Positions 49,312 to 57,904 of a DNA stretch of 64,000 nucleotides are shown here, piece by piece. The first letter of the stretch is position 1. Every line of letters starts with the position of its first letter. The notes under the pieces were generated by a model. The model had not been told where the DNA came from. It saw nothing but the letters and a program-made list of their open reading frames with translations, and searched no databases. This DNA comes from Waddliaceae bacterium (lineage in GTDB: Bacteria > Chlamydiota > Chlamydiia > Chlamydiales > Waddliaceae): NCBI GenBank assembly GCA_963724325.1, contig CAVRUH010000001.1, positions 352,001-416,000 on the forward strand, read 5' to 3'. Position numbers and translations under genes: made by a program.

Positions 49312-51495
49312 ATGGATGGCGAAATGACATATTTGGAAGAGTTCAAAAAACAAATTGATAAGAAAGATGTCCACAAATTCTTTCAACTATGGGAAGAGTA
49401 TTGCACAAATGATCAGGTTGATACCGATGAATTTATCCAATTGCTGAATACAATCAAGAAATCTGATTTCAGCAAACACTTTGGTCAATTTATCGAAACT
49501 GCATTACCCCTTCTAGAATACGTCAAAGACGAATCCTTGAACTACGAAATCCTAAGGCTCCTAATCGACCTCCAAAACACAAATACTCCCAAACTAGCTG
49601 AAATCACGCTTGCAGCTCTTGAGAAAAATCATGGTGCCGAACCCGAATTTCAGGAAAGGCTCCGTTTGATCGGCATGCGCAATAAAGAGAATTTTCAAGG
49701 CGCTATCTCAGCTTATGAATTACTAGCCCATATGAAAGTTGGCAATTGCGTATTTCACACAGGTGGTTGGGGAACAGGTGAAATCATTGAGGTTTCCCCG
49801 CTGCGCCAGCAAATTTCTTTAGAATTCGAAAATGTCACAGGTCTAAAACACATCAACTTCGACAATGCCTTCAAAACCCTTATTCCACTTTCTTATGATA
49901 ACTTCCTTACCCGGCGTTTTTCTCGACCAGATGAGCTCGAAGCTCTAGCCAAGAAAGATCCTGTAGGGACCTTAAAAATGCTTCTGAAGGATTTAGGACC
50001 TAAATCCGCATCGGAAATCAAAGATGAACTGGAAGGACTCGTTATTCCGGAAAAAGAATGGGGCAAATGGTGGCAGACTGCTCGTAATAAAATAAAAAAA
50101 GACACAATGGTTCAGTCTCCAGAGAAACTAAGCGATCCTTTTATCCTTCGCGCCCAAGAAGTTGCGCATGAGGACAGCCTTGTCAAGGCCATCCAGCACA
50201 AAGTGGATCCTTCGGCAATCATCCAAACTACCTATTCATATGTTCGCGATTATCCCGAAATCCTCAAAAATGAAGAAATCAAAAAAATGCTTCTAGAGAA
50301 GTTGACGGGGCTTTTCAGTCACCCTGGATTGACAAAAGAATTGGAGCTGGAACTGGTTCTTTTCCTAGATGGTCAATTTGGCTATAAAATCCCTGAAAAA
50401 CCTTTGATTTCATATTTCACTAAGGATGAAAATATCGAGGAGTTAATTAATAATATTGAGATCGCTGCTCTAAAAAAACGGGCCCTTATACTCCTTAAAG
50501 AAAATAATAAAAAATGGGTTGAGATTTACGCTTCGCTGTTTTTCACTATCCACCAGAGCACATTGCGCGATTTTATTGTTGCAGAACTCAATGATGTGGT
50601 GACAAAGCATATTCTAGTGGAAAATCTAGAAAATCTCCTGGATCATCCTGAGAAAAATCCCGAAGTATTTTTCTGGTATTTCCAAAAAGTCAACGATAAA
50701 AGTCCTGAGGATCTCCCATTTAATGATAAAGAAGGCCAATGTAGATTTTTCGAATCACTATTTGTTCTCATTCACAAGATTGAGCATGATCCCCAATACC
50801 GCGATCTGCTTAAAAAGATCACGAACTTCATCACTGGTAAGAGATATGAGAAATTGCGTCAATTAATGGAAAATACAACACTCGAGTATATTCATGAACT
50901 GTTGTTGCTTATTTCTAAGTGCCATATCTTTGAAGATCAAGAGAAAAAGACCTTCAAAGCCTTGGCCCAAGTAGTACACCCATCTCTTGCACCAGAAAAA
51001 CAATCAAAAGCTGTGGGGCAAGTGAGTGGACATATCATTTGGACGACGGAAGAGGGCTTTAAAAGGACACAAGACAGAGTCAAACAGATTGCTACAGTAG
51101 AGGCCATTGAAAACTCTCGCGAAGTAGAAGCAGCACGAGCACTGGGTGACCTGCGTGAAAACGCAGAATACAAATCCGCCTGTGAAAAGCGCTCACGACT
51201 TCAGGGTGAACTTAAAAGTTTATCACATCAATTGAATCGCGCCCGAATCATATCTCCCTTGGATATTTTCCAAGACGAAATTGGAGTAGGTACAATCGTC
51301 ACTCTCGAAGACACGACTGGTAATACGATTAAGTATTCCATTCTTGGTCCTTGGGAAGCAAATCCAGATGAGGGAATTATTTCATTCCAATCCAAATTAG
51401 CTGAAAGTATGATTGGCCGTAAAATCGGAGACATGATTAAATTCCGTGAAGAGGAGTATAAGGTCAAGAGTATCACTAGCTTCTTGGCCAAATAA
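49312..51495 (+). CDS. greA: Chlamydial long-form transcription elongation factor GreA
   Basis: C-terminal ARALGDLRENAEY and ISFQSKLA; ~560-aa N-terminal extension typical of Chlamydiae. Confidence 0.92.
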   Translation: MDGEMTYLEEFKKQIDKKDVHKFFQLWEEYCTNDQVDTDEFIQLLNTIKKSDFSKHFGQFIETALPLLEYVKDESLNYEILRLLIDLQNTNTPKLAEITLAALEKNHGAEPEFQERLRLIGMRNKENFQGAISAYELLAHMKVGNCVFHTGGWGTGEIIEVSPLRQQISLEFENVTGLKHINFDNAFKTLIPLSYDNFLTRRFSRPDELEALAKKDPVGTLKMLLKDLGPKSASEIKDELEGLVIPEKEWGKWWQTARNKIKKDTMVQSPEKLSDPFILRAQEVAHEDSLVKAIQHKVDPSAIIQTTYSYVRDYPEILKNEEIKKMLLEKLTGLFSHPGLTKELELELVLFLDGQFGYKIPEKPLISYFTKDENIEELINNIEIAALKKRALILLKENNKKWVEIYASLFFTIHQSTLRDFIVAELNDVVTKHILVENLENLLDHPEKNPEVFFWYFQKVNDKSPEDLPFNDKEGQCRFFESLFVLIHKIEHDPQYRDLLKKITNFITGKRYEKLRQLMENTTLEYIHELLLLISKCHIFEDQEKKTFKALAQVVHPSLAPEKQSKAVGQVSGHIIWTTEEGFKRTQDRVKQIATVEAIENSREVEAARALGDLRENAEYKSACEKRSRLQGELKSLSHQLNRARIISPLDIFQDEIGVGTIVTLEDTTGNTIKYSILGPWEANPDEGIISFQSKLAESMIGRKIGDMIKFREEEYKVKSITSFLAK

Positions 51496-51503
51496 ATCAT
51501 TAC

Positions 51504-52100
51504 ATGGAAATAATTATAGCCAGTCACAATCTCCATAAAATCCGGGAATTTAGGGAGATGATGAAAGTATTAAAAAAATTCGACGTGCAATCGCTCGTCG
51601 ATTATCCCGATTATCAACTTCCGGAGGAGACCGGCGATACTTTTCAGGAAAATGCCATTCTGAAGGCCGTACACGCTGCAAAAGCTCTTAATAAATTGGT
51701 CGTTTCCGATGACTCAGGCCTCGTTGTGCAGGCAATTGGAGGGCGCCCTGGAGTCTATTCAAAAAGATATGCCGGGGAAGATGCAACTGATGCCGACAAC
51801 AGAAAAAAATTACTTCTGGAAATGAATGAATTAATTGATGAGCGAAGAGAAGCCTACTTTGAATGCTGCCTGGCGCTTGCAGGTCCTCAGGGACTGATAA
51901 AGGTGGCAGAAGCCACGGTGCATGGGAGAATTGCCACTCAGGAAAAGGGCAGGCATGGCTTTGGGTATGATCCTTTGTTTATCAAAAACGATTACGACAA
52001 AACATTCGCGGAATTGGACGAAACAACAAAAAATAAGATTTCCCACAGAAGAAAAGCCTTCGAAAGGTTAGTGAATAGGCTAGATGCATTACATCATTGA
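51504..52100 (+). CDS. rdgB: Non-canonical purine NTP pyrophosphatase (RdgB/HAM1)
   Basis: SHNLHK, DDSGL, FGYDPLF, SHRRKA. Confidence 0.95.
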   Translation: MEIIIASHNLHKIREFREMMKVLKKFDVQSLVDYPDYQLPEETGDTFQENAILKAVHAAKALNKLVVSDDSGLVVQAIGGRPGVYSKRYAGEDATDADNRKKLLLEMNELIDERREAYFECCLALAGPQGLIKVAEATVHGRIATQEKGRHGFGYDPLFIKNDYDKTFAELDETTKNKISHRRKAFERLVNRLDALHH

Positions 52101-52708
52101 TGGATATAATCTAATGTTCAGAGCCTTTTTTGGCTCGGGAGACCTTAAATCTAGGCGTCAGCACATCATTGAACAGCTTAATGATATCGTACAAGTGCTG
52201 ATAGATCGATGCCACCGTTGTTTTTGATGCCCAATACCAGCTAGGATTGGGCTCAAGGTCCCATTTTCAACACCTGACCATATGTTTCACTGACGAAGGG
52301 GAAACGGCTGATGATTATATCATCGATGAACTAAAAGCCTCCAAAACACCAAGACAGATCATTGTCGTGACTTCCGATAAAAACTTGGCTTGGAGGGCTC
52401 GTCAATTTCAATCCAAAACTCAAACCGTCGAAGAATTCGGCCATATACTATACTCACAATATAAAAATAAATTAAAAGATAAGCCCAAAAATAAACCGAT
52501 CCCTCCAAAAATAGTTCCAGTTATCACACCTGTGGTCAACAAAGATGAAGAAACATTTAATTACTATCTTCGCGAATTCGAAAAACGATTTCTTGAAGAG
52601 GTAAAAAAGAATCCTATCTTGAACGAACCGATGTCGGATAGCCTTCGATGGCTGGATATTTTCGAAAAACGATTTAAAGATCTTGAACAGAATCAGAAAG
52701 ATGTTTAA
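52084..52708 (+). pseudogene. NYN/YacP-like RNase split by a +1 frameshift near 52201-52204
   Basis: MHYIIDGYNLM from ATG 52084; continues in the +1 frame as IDATVVFDA..TADDYI..VVTSDKNL. Confidence 0.8.
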
Positions 52709-52722
52709 AATAGACGATTCTT

Positions 52723-52795
52723 GGGGCGTTAGCTCAATTGGTAGAGCGCAACAATGGCATTGTTGAGGTCAACGGTTCGATCCCGTTACGCTCCA
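52723..52795 (+). tRNA. tRNA-Ala(GGC), CCA not encoded
   Basis: GGGGCGTTAGCTCAATTGGTAGAGCGCAACAATGGCATTGTTGAGGTCAACGGTTCGATCCCGTTACGCTCCA; G3:U70 pair. Confidence 0.96.
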
Positions 52796-52815
52796 TATAT
52801 AGGATATAGGAAGTT

Positions 52816-53988
52816 TTGATGACATCATTTTTCTTACCCGTCCCCCAACTACCCGAAGATCCCATTTTCGGGTTGCAAGCAGAATTTAATAGCGATCCCA
52901 GAAGTCAAAAAATCAATTTAAGCATCGGAGCTTACCAGAATAGCGAGGGGAAACCCCAAGTTTTCGATGTCGTTCGAAAAGCGGAACAGCTCATTCTCAA
53001 TCAGAACTTAAATAAAGAATATTTAGGAATCGAGGGTCAGAAAGATTACATTAAAATGACTCTTGAACTTATCTTAGGGAAGACAACCGAGGATTTTTTT
53101 GCCGTACAGACTATTGGAGGGACTTCAGCGCTGCGCTTAGGAGCCGAACTCCTCTCAAAACACATCACCAAAAGCATATTTATTTCTAATCCTACCTGGG
53201 CGAACCATCAAAATATTTTTTCGCAAGCAGGCATGGCTATCGAACAATACCCATACTATGACCTGCAAGGGCATAGGCTTGATTTTGAGGGAATGGCAGC
53301 AAAAATAAAATTGATGCCAAGGGGAAGCGCTGTACTTTTGCATGGTTGCTGCCATAATCCATCTGGAATCGATCCCACAGTTGAACAGTGGAAAGTACTC
53401 TCTAAATTGATTTTGGAGCAACATTTGTTCCCATTTTTTGATTTTGCTTACCAGGGTTTCGGTGTTGGCGTGGAAGCAGATGCCTTTCCCATTCGACAAT
53501 TCCGAGAAGATGGACACGAAATGCTCGTAGCCTATTCTTATTCCAAAAACTTTGGCTTGTATGGTGAGCGTGCCGGGCTTTTGGCTGTAATAACGAATGA
53601 GAAACAGGCGACAGAAAGAGCCGCTAGCGTTATTAAGAACGTCATTCGATCCATGTATTCCAATCCTCCCCTTCATGGAGCACGGATTATTTCAACAGTT
53701 TTAAAAAATCCTGACCTGAGAGCAGAATGGCTGACAGAACTTGAAACCATTCGAAAACGCATTCAAGATACTCGCGAGACGTTTTATCAAGGACTAGACG
53801 GGAAATTTCAATTTATTCAACATCAGAGAGGTATGTTCTCCTTTTCAGGACTTAATGTCGACCAAGTAGAACGTCTTAAAAAAGAATATGGGATCTATTT
53901 GGTCAAAAGTGGTAGGATTAACATTGCTGGATTAAATGAAAAAAATATTGGATCAGTTATTGATGCAATCCTAAATGTTATAAAGTAA
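52816..53988 (+). CDS. aspC: Aspartate/aromatic amino acid aminotransferase (AspC/TyrB)
   Basis: HNPSG, DFAYQGF, SYSKNFGLYGERAG. Confidence 0.92.
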   Translation: MMTSFFLPVPQLPEDPIFGLQAEFNSDPRSQKINLSIGAYQNSEGKPQVFDVVRKAEQLILNQNLNKEYLGIEGQKDYIKMTLELILGKTTEDFFAVQTIGGTSALRLGAELLSKHITKSIFISNPTWANHQNIFSQAGMAIEQYPYYDLQGHRLDFEGMAAKIKLMPRGSAVLLHGCCHNPSGIDPTVEQWKVLSKLILEQHLFPFFDFAYQGFGVGVEADAFPIRQFREDGHEMLVAYSYSKNFGLYGERAGLLAVITNEKQATERAASVIKNVIRSMYSNPPLHGARIISTVLKNPDLRAEWLTELETIRKRIQDTRETFYQGLDGKFQFIQHQRGMFSFSGLNVDQVERLKKEYGIYLVKSGRINIAGLNEKNIGSVIDAILNVIK

Positions 53989-54893
53989 TGAAAAAAAACT
54001 CTCTGATACCTTACCTTCTGATCTTATTCTTGCTCCTTCTGTTTATGAGCCTCCCCATTTCATTTGTTGAATCATTCAGAGGCAGGATAATCGCATGGGT
54101 TTCTCCAATATTATTTCACAAAAAGGAAAATATCGAAAACCAGGAACTTGTACAACTGCACTTAGAAAATCATCTACTACGAAACGAAATTTCCCAGCTG
54201 ACAGAACTTTTGCACCTTCAGATGAAGGATTTACCCGAAGCTGTACCGGCTCGCGTTATTTATAGATCTCTTTCTTCGTGGAATAGCTCGTTATGGATCA
54301 ATGTTGGAGAAGAGGATAATCATCAACTAAGAAGGGATATTATATTGAAAAATAGCCCTGTCACATTAGGTACGGCTGTGGTAGGCGTGATTGACTATGT
54401 TGGAAAGCATCAAAGCCGCGTCAGGCTTATTACAGATACTGGTCTGACCCCCTCTGTAAGGGCCGTGCGTGAGGTAGATGGCGAATTGCGACGTTTGGCT
54501 AAGGGAGAGCTTCATGGAAGCAGTCACCCTTTATGGAGATCTCAGGCGCAAATTTTACATGGGTCCGGATTTAACTATGATTTTCCTGATGAATTCGGCC
54601 CTGCGCGAGATCTGCGCACCGGTTTTCCTTTCAATGCCGACCAGAATGCAACACCTATTTCACTTATTCAGCCCAATGATCTGCTTATCACCACCGGCAT
54701 GGATGGTGTCTTTCCATCAGATCTTCACGTAGCGACAATCTTAGAGATCACTCCTCTCAAAGAGGGAGATTATACCTGCTCTCTAACCGCTAGACCTGTC
54801 GTTGACAACCTTGACGACTTGTCCCTCGTCTTCGTTATCGCCCCCATCGGCTTCGATCCCTCCGACCGCGCCCCCCACATCATCAGGGATTAA
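53988..54893 (+). CDS. mreC: Rod shape-determining protein
   Basis: N-terminal TM, ENxxLR coiled coil, ARVI, LITTGMDGVFP. Confidence 0.85.
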   Translation: MKKNSLIPYLLILFLLLLFMSLPISFVESFRGRIIAWVSPILFHKKENIENQELVQLHLENHLLRNEISQLTELLHLQMKDLPEAVPARVIYRSLSSWNSSLWINVGEEDNHQLRRDIILKNSPVTLGTAVVGVIDYVGKHQSRVRLITDTGLTPSVRAVREVDGELRRLAKGELHGSSHPLWRSQAQILHGSGFNYDFPDEFGPARDLRTGFPFNADQNATPISLIQPNDLLITTGMDGVFPSDLHVATILEITPLKEGDYTCSLTARPVVDNLDDLSLVFVIAPIGFDPSDRAPHIIRD

Positions 54894-54920
54894 TGTATTT
54901 TTTGCCACAAAGAGCAATCA

Positions 54921-55014
54921 CATCCTGCGTATCCCGCTACTTGCGATCATAGATATCCTGATAATCCCTAAAAAAAACAGGATATGCATGATCGCAGGCG
55001 GCAGGATATGAAGG
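54921..55014. repeat. Copy of the CAGGATATGCATGATCGCA palindrome family
   Basis: ttgcgatcatagatatcctg-N17-caggatatgcatgatcgcag; same core as 4380-4460 and 41668-41763. Confidence 0.85.
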
Positions 55015-55235
55015 CATACACATCAATCTAAAATATGGTGCGGTTACAGACATAAGTAACACTTAGTTCATAGACATAGGTTACACTTTTATTGTTAAAA
55101 TGTTATATAAAAAAATGATGAGAGTATTATGTCATATTTTGAAAAGTGTTACCTATGTCTGTGAATTGGACCTATTGGACCTCTCTGTTTTCTCGGTGAA
55201 CTCTGTGTTAAAATTTTTTTAAGTTGATGCGTATG
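55015..55235. mobile_element. MITE with CATACRCATCAA terminal inverted repeats and an 11-bp target duplication, containing a second nested IS-end-like element (55037-55172)
   Basis: ggatatgaagg at 55004-55014 and 55236-55246; inner inverted repeats ttcatagacataggttacactttt / aaaagtgttacctatgtctgtgaa. Confidence 0.75.
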
Positions 55236-55301
55236 GGATATGAAGGATATGCGGAAGAACTCAATCATGTAATTCACCTTTATTATGAAGCAGCCTAAGA
55301 T

Positions 55302-57482
55302 CTAAAGATCCTGGGATTTCGGCGGCTCAATTGTTACATTACTGTCGGCAAGGAATGGGTGGTCCTTGGCGGCAGTTTTGCTGTTAATTGTAACATTCCT
55401 AAAGTAAACAGGAACATTAATGCCAAGTTTAACCCATAATTTATCATTCGGTTGACATTCAATATTCCATGAATCAATGACAAGTTCGCAACCTTTTGGA
55501 ATTTCTCTCAGATATTCTAAATATTTGTATCTAAGATTAAGCCCTGTCCCTTCCCATACGATATGCACTGGGAGAGCAGAAGAAATATCTTTCATTACAA
55601 GTAAATCAGGTCTTATATCAGGCTGATTAATTTTCCAAATTATACGCTTTAAATTAGGACATGCCTGCGCAAATAATTTAAGATGACTATTATTCTCAGT
55701 ATAATAAATTTCATGAATGCGACGATTAATTTGCGGATTTGAAAATACTTCAAGCAGATGATCAGTAATTCCCCAAGGTTCTAAATATACACCTCTAATT
55801 AATGGCTCTACAACTTTAAGCCATGGAGTTGGTTTTTTTAATATCGCCATAAAGATGAAAAGAGGTGCATAATAATTTTCTTGATACTTTTTATACCAAC
55901 CAGTTAAACCTGCAAACTTATTAATCACATTCAGGCGCTCTTCGGGGTTAATGCCGGCAAAAAAACTTTGAAGTTGATTTGTATCAAGGCTGTTCATGTT
56001 CTTTTCTGAATAATTTTCCCAGAATTTATCAATTTTTAATCTGCTCATCACCTTGTTTATTTGAAGAATATCATCAAAATTAATGTTTCTCCCTACCTTA
56101 TCTAGAAGCCATCTTAGGCCGGCGGAAGAAACCGGATATTCTTTAAAAATATCAAAGGATGTAAATGAGGGAAACTCTATGTAAAAAAATAGATAGGGGA
56201 GATTTACAATTTCGTTATCAGAGCTCGAAACAGCAGTTGTAGGCATTAACTCTAAAGTTTGTTTATAACCCTGAGATGTAATCCATTTAGTTATTTCTTG
56301 ACGCATCCCTATTCCTGCGATAGCACAATGTTCTGCTTGTTCTAAAAACCACCTCAATATTTCAGGCTCCAATTTTGATGGAAAGAGGTATTCATTAGCA
56401 GAACCAAAGATATTAGAAAGGAGTCCAAAACCATCCCTTTCCACACATGACTTAATATTAGGAAAGAAAAAGTTTAAAATTTCGTTGTTATATTGCTTCT
56501 CGGTTAATTCTATGGGTTTTTCATTGTCGATTTGCATGGAGACAGGATCTGTGGTTATGTCATCCCAATTTATATCCTTTTTGGGAAGAGATAGCAATTT
56601 GGTAAAATGAAGTTTGTGTTCCATAGATTTTATGCGGCAACGATATAAAGCTACGCTTCGATCGGTCAACAGCATCCAGAAATTTTTCATTTTTTCAGTA
56701 AAATAGACCCCTTGAAAAACAACTTCACGAATATTTTGAGGGCACGAATTATTTGTAATTTCATGATCATTATCACGAAGGCCCCCTTTAACTATTAACT
56801 GATGCATATTAGGAAAAACAGTTGTATAATTTTCTAGGAAATTGAAAATTTGTTTTGTGACAACAACGCTAGTTATTCGGTCCAAGACGCTCTTATCAAA
56901 GAACGTATTCAAAAGTAAAAGCGTCAATGAATCATTTTCTAAGATTACAGAGCGGCAATTTTGACGGAGAAATTCACCCCTTGGAGAATTTTCTAGCATA
57001 AATGGAAGACCAGTAATCTTTATAGCAAAGTCCGTTGAAAAAAATAATTCGGTTTCGCAAGGTAACAAAATTAAAAGAGTAGATTGTAATATTTTAGAAT
57101 CATTGTTCTCTATTGCATAATTACATAAATCGACTAGTTCATTTTGAGAAAGCATTATGTGTTCATTATGGTAAAGGACTCCATTTTGTACATGGAGCGG
57201 ATATTGTTTTAATTTTTCATAAATGCTTTCTTCCGGTAGATTTGAAAACATACTAATAATTTTTTGGAATTGATCCTGATTGATGAAATCCACAACATTT
57301 TGTCGAAGTAGTCGCACGATGCGATGAGCCAATAATGGGTGTAGAGCAGTACTGTACCACTCCTTAGATCCATTAAGGATCATCGTAACGCACATTTCTA
57401 AGAGAGGTTTATTTTCAGGGGTAATAGTGTTTCCTAGTGTATCTCCAATCTGATTTGCCAATTCTATGCTAATGCCCGACAT
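55302..57482 (-). CDS. Hypothetical effector-like protein with weak LRR-like and BTB-like segments
   Basis: 726-aa ORF, GGAGG RBS; FPNMHQL, FPNIKS and CPNLKRI motifs; SSSDNEIVNL...VSSAGLRWLLD segment. Confidence 0.6.
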   Translation of the reverse strand: MSGISIELANQIGDTLGNTITPENKPLLEMCVTMILNGSKEWYSTALHPLLAHRIVRLLRQNVVDFINQDQFQKIISMFSNLPEESIYEKLKQYPLHVQNGVLYHNEHIMLSQNELVDLCNYAIENNDSKILQSTLLILLPCETELFFSTDFAIKITGLPFMLENSPRGEFLRQNCRSVILENDSLTLLLLNTFFDKSVLDRITSVVVTKQIFNFLENYTTVFPNMHQLIVKGGLRDNDHEITNNSCPQNIREVVFQGVYFTEKMKNFWMLLTDRSVALYRCRIKSMEHKLHFTKLLSLPKKDINWDDITTDPVSMQIDNEKPIELTEKQYNNEILNFFFPNIKSCVERDGFGLLSNIFGSANEYLFPSKLEPEILRWFLEQAEHCAIAGIGMRQEITKWITSQGYKQTLELMPTTAVSSSDNEIVNLPYLFFYIEFPSFTSFDIFKEYPVSSAGLRWLLDKVGRNINFDDILQINKVMSRLKIDKFWENYSEKNMNSLDTNQLQSFFAGINPEERLNVINKFAGLTGWYKKYQENYYAPLFIFMAILKKPTPWLKVVEPLIRGVYLEPWGITDHLLEVFSNPQINRRIHEIYYTENNSHLKLFAQACPNLKRIIWKINQPDIRPDLLVMKDISSALPVHIVWEGTGLNLRYKYLEYLREIPKGCELVIDSWNIECQPNDKLWVKLGINVPVYFRNVTINSKTAAKDHPFLADSNVTIEPPKSQDL

Positions 57483-57588
57483 AAATCCTCCAATTTTTAT
57501 GGCAATACTAGAATAAAGGCAAAATCCGAGTCAACAATAATATTTATTGTTGATATGTATATTGTACGCTAAGATATTCTCTAGAAAT

Positions 57589-57675
57589 GATTTACCCGAA
57601 GCTGTCCCTCGTCTTCGTCATCGCCCCCATCGGCTTCGATCCCTCCGACCGCGCCCCCCACACCATCAGGGATTA
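57589..57675 (+). pseudogene. Duplicated, internally deleted mreC fragment
   Basis: 57589-57605 equals mreC 54228-54244 and is joined via tgt to a copy of mreC 54820-54893. Confidence 0.8.
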
Positions 57676-57702
57676 ATGTGTTTTTTGCCACAAGAGCAAT
57701 CA

Positions 57703-57849
57703 CATCCTGCGTATCCCGCTACTTGCGATCATAGATATCCTGATAATCCCTAAAAAAAAACAGGATATGCATGATCGCAGGCGGCAGGATATGAAGGCAT
57801 ACACATCAATCTAAAATTTTTTTAAGTTGATGCGTATGGGATATGAAAG
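57703..57849. repeat. Duplicate of the 54921-55246 palindrome/MITE region, with the MITE collapsed to 41 bp
   Basis: Near-identical flanks; 180 bp between two taaaa copies is absent. Confidence 0.85.
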
Positions 57850-57904
57850 ATATGCGGAAGAACTCAATCATGTAATTCACCTTTATTATGAAGCAGCCTA
57901 AGAT

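Noticed and set aside
49231..49386. N-terminal extension of the SET ORF
   Set aside because: It overlaps greA on the opposite strand; the RBS supports 49230
57547..57753. 68-aa ORF
   Set aside because: Out-of-frame read through the duplicated mreC tail and palindrome
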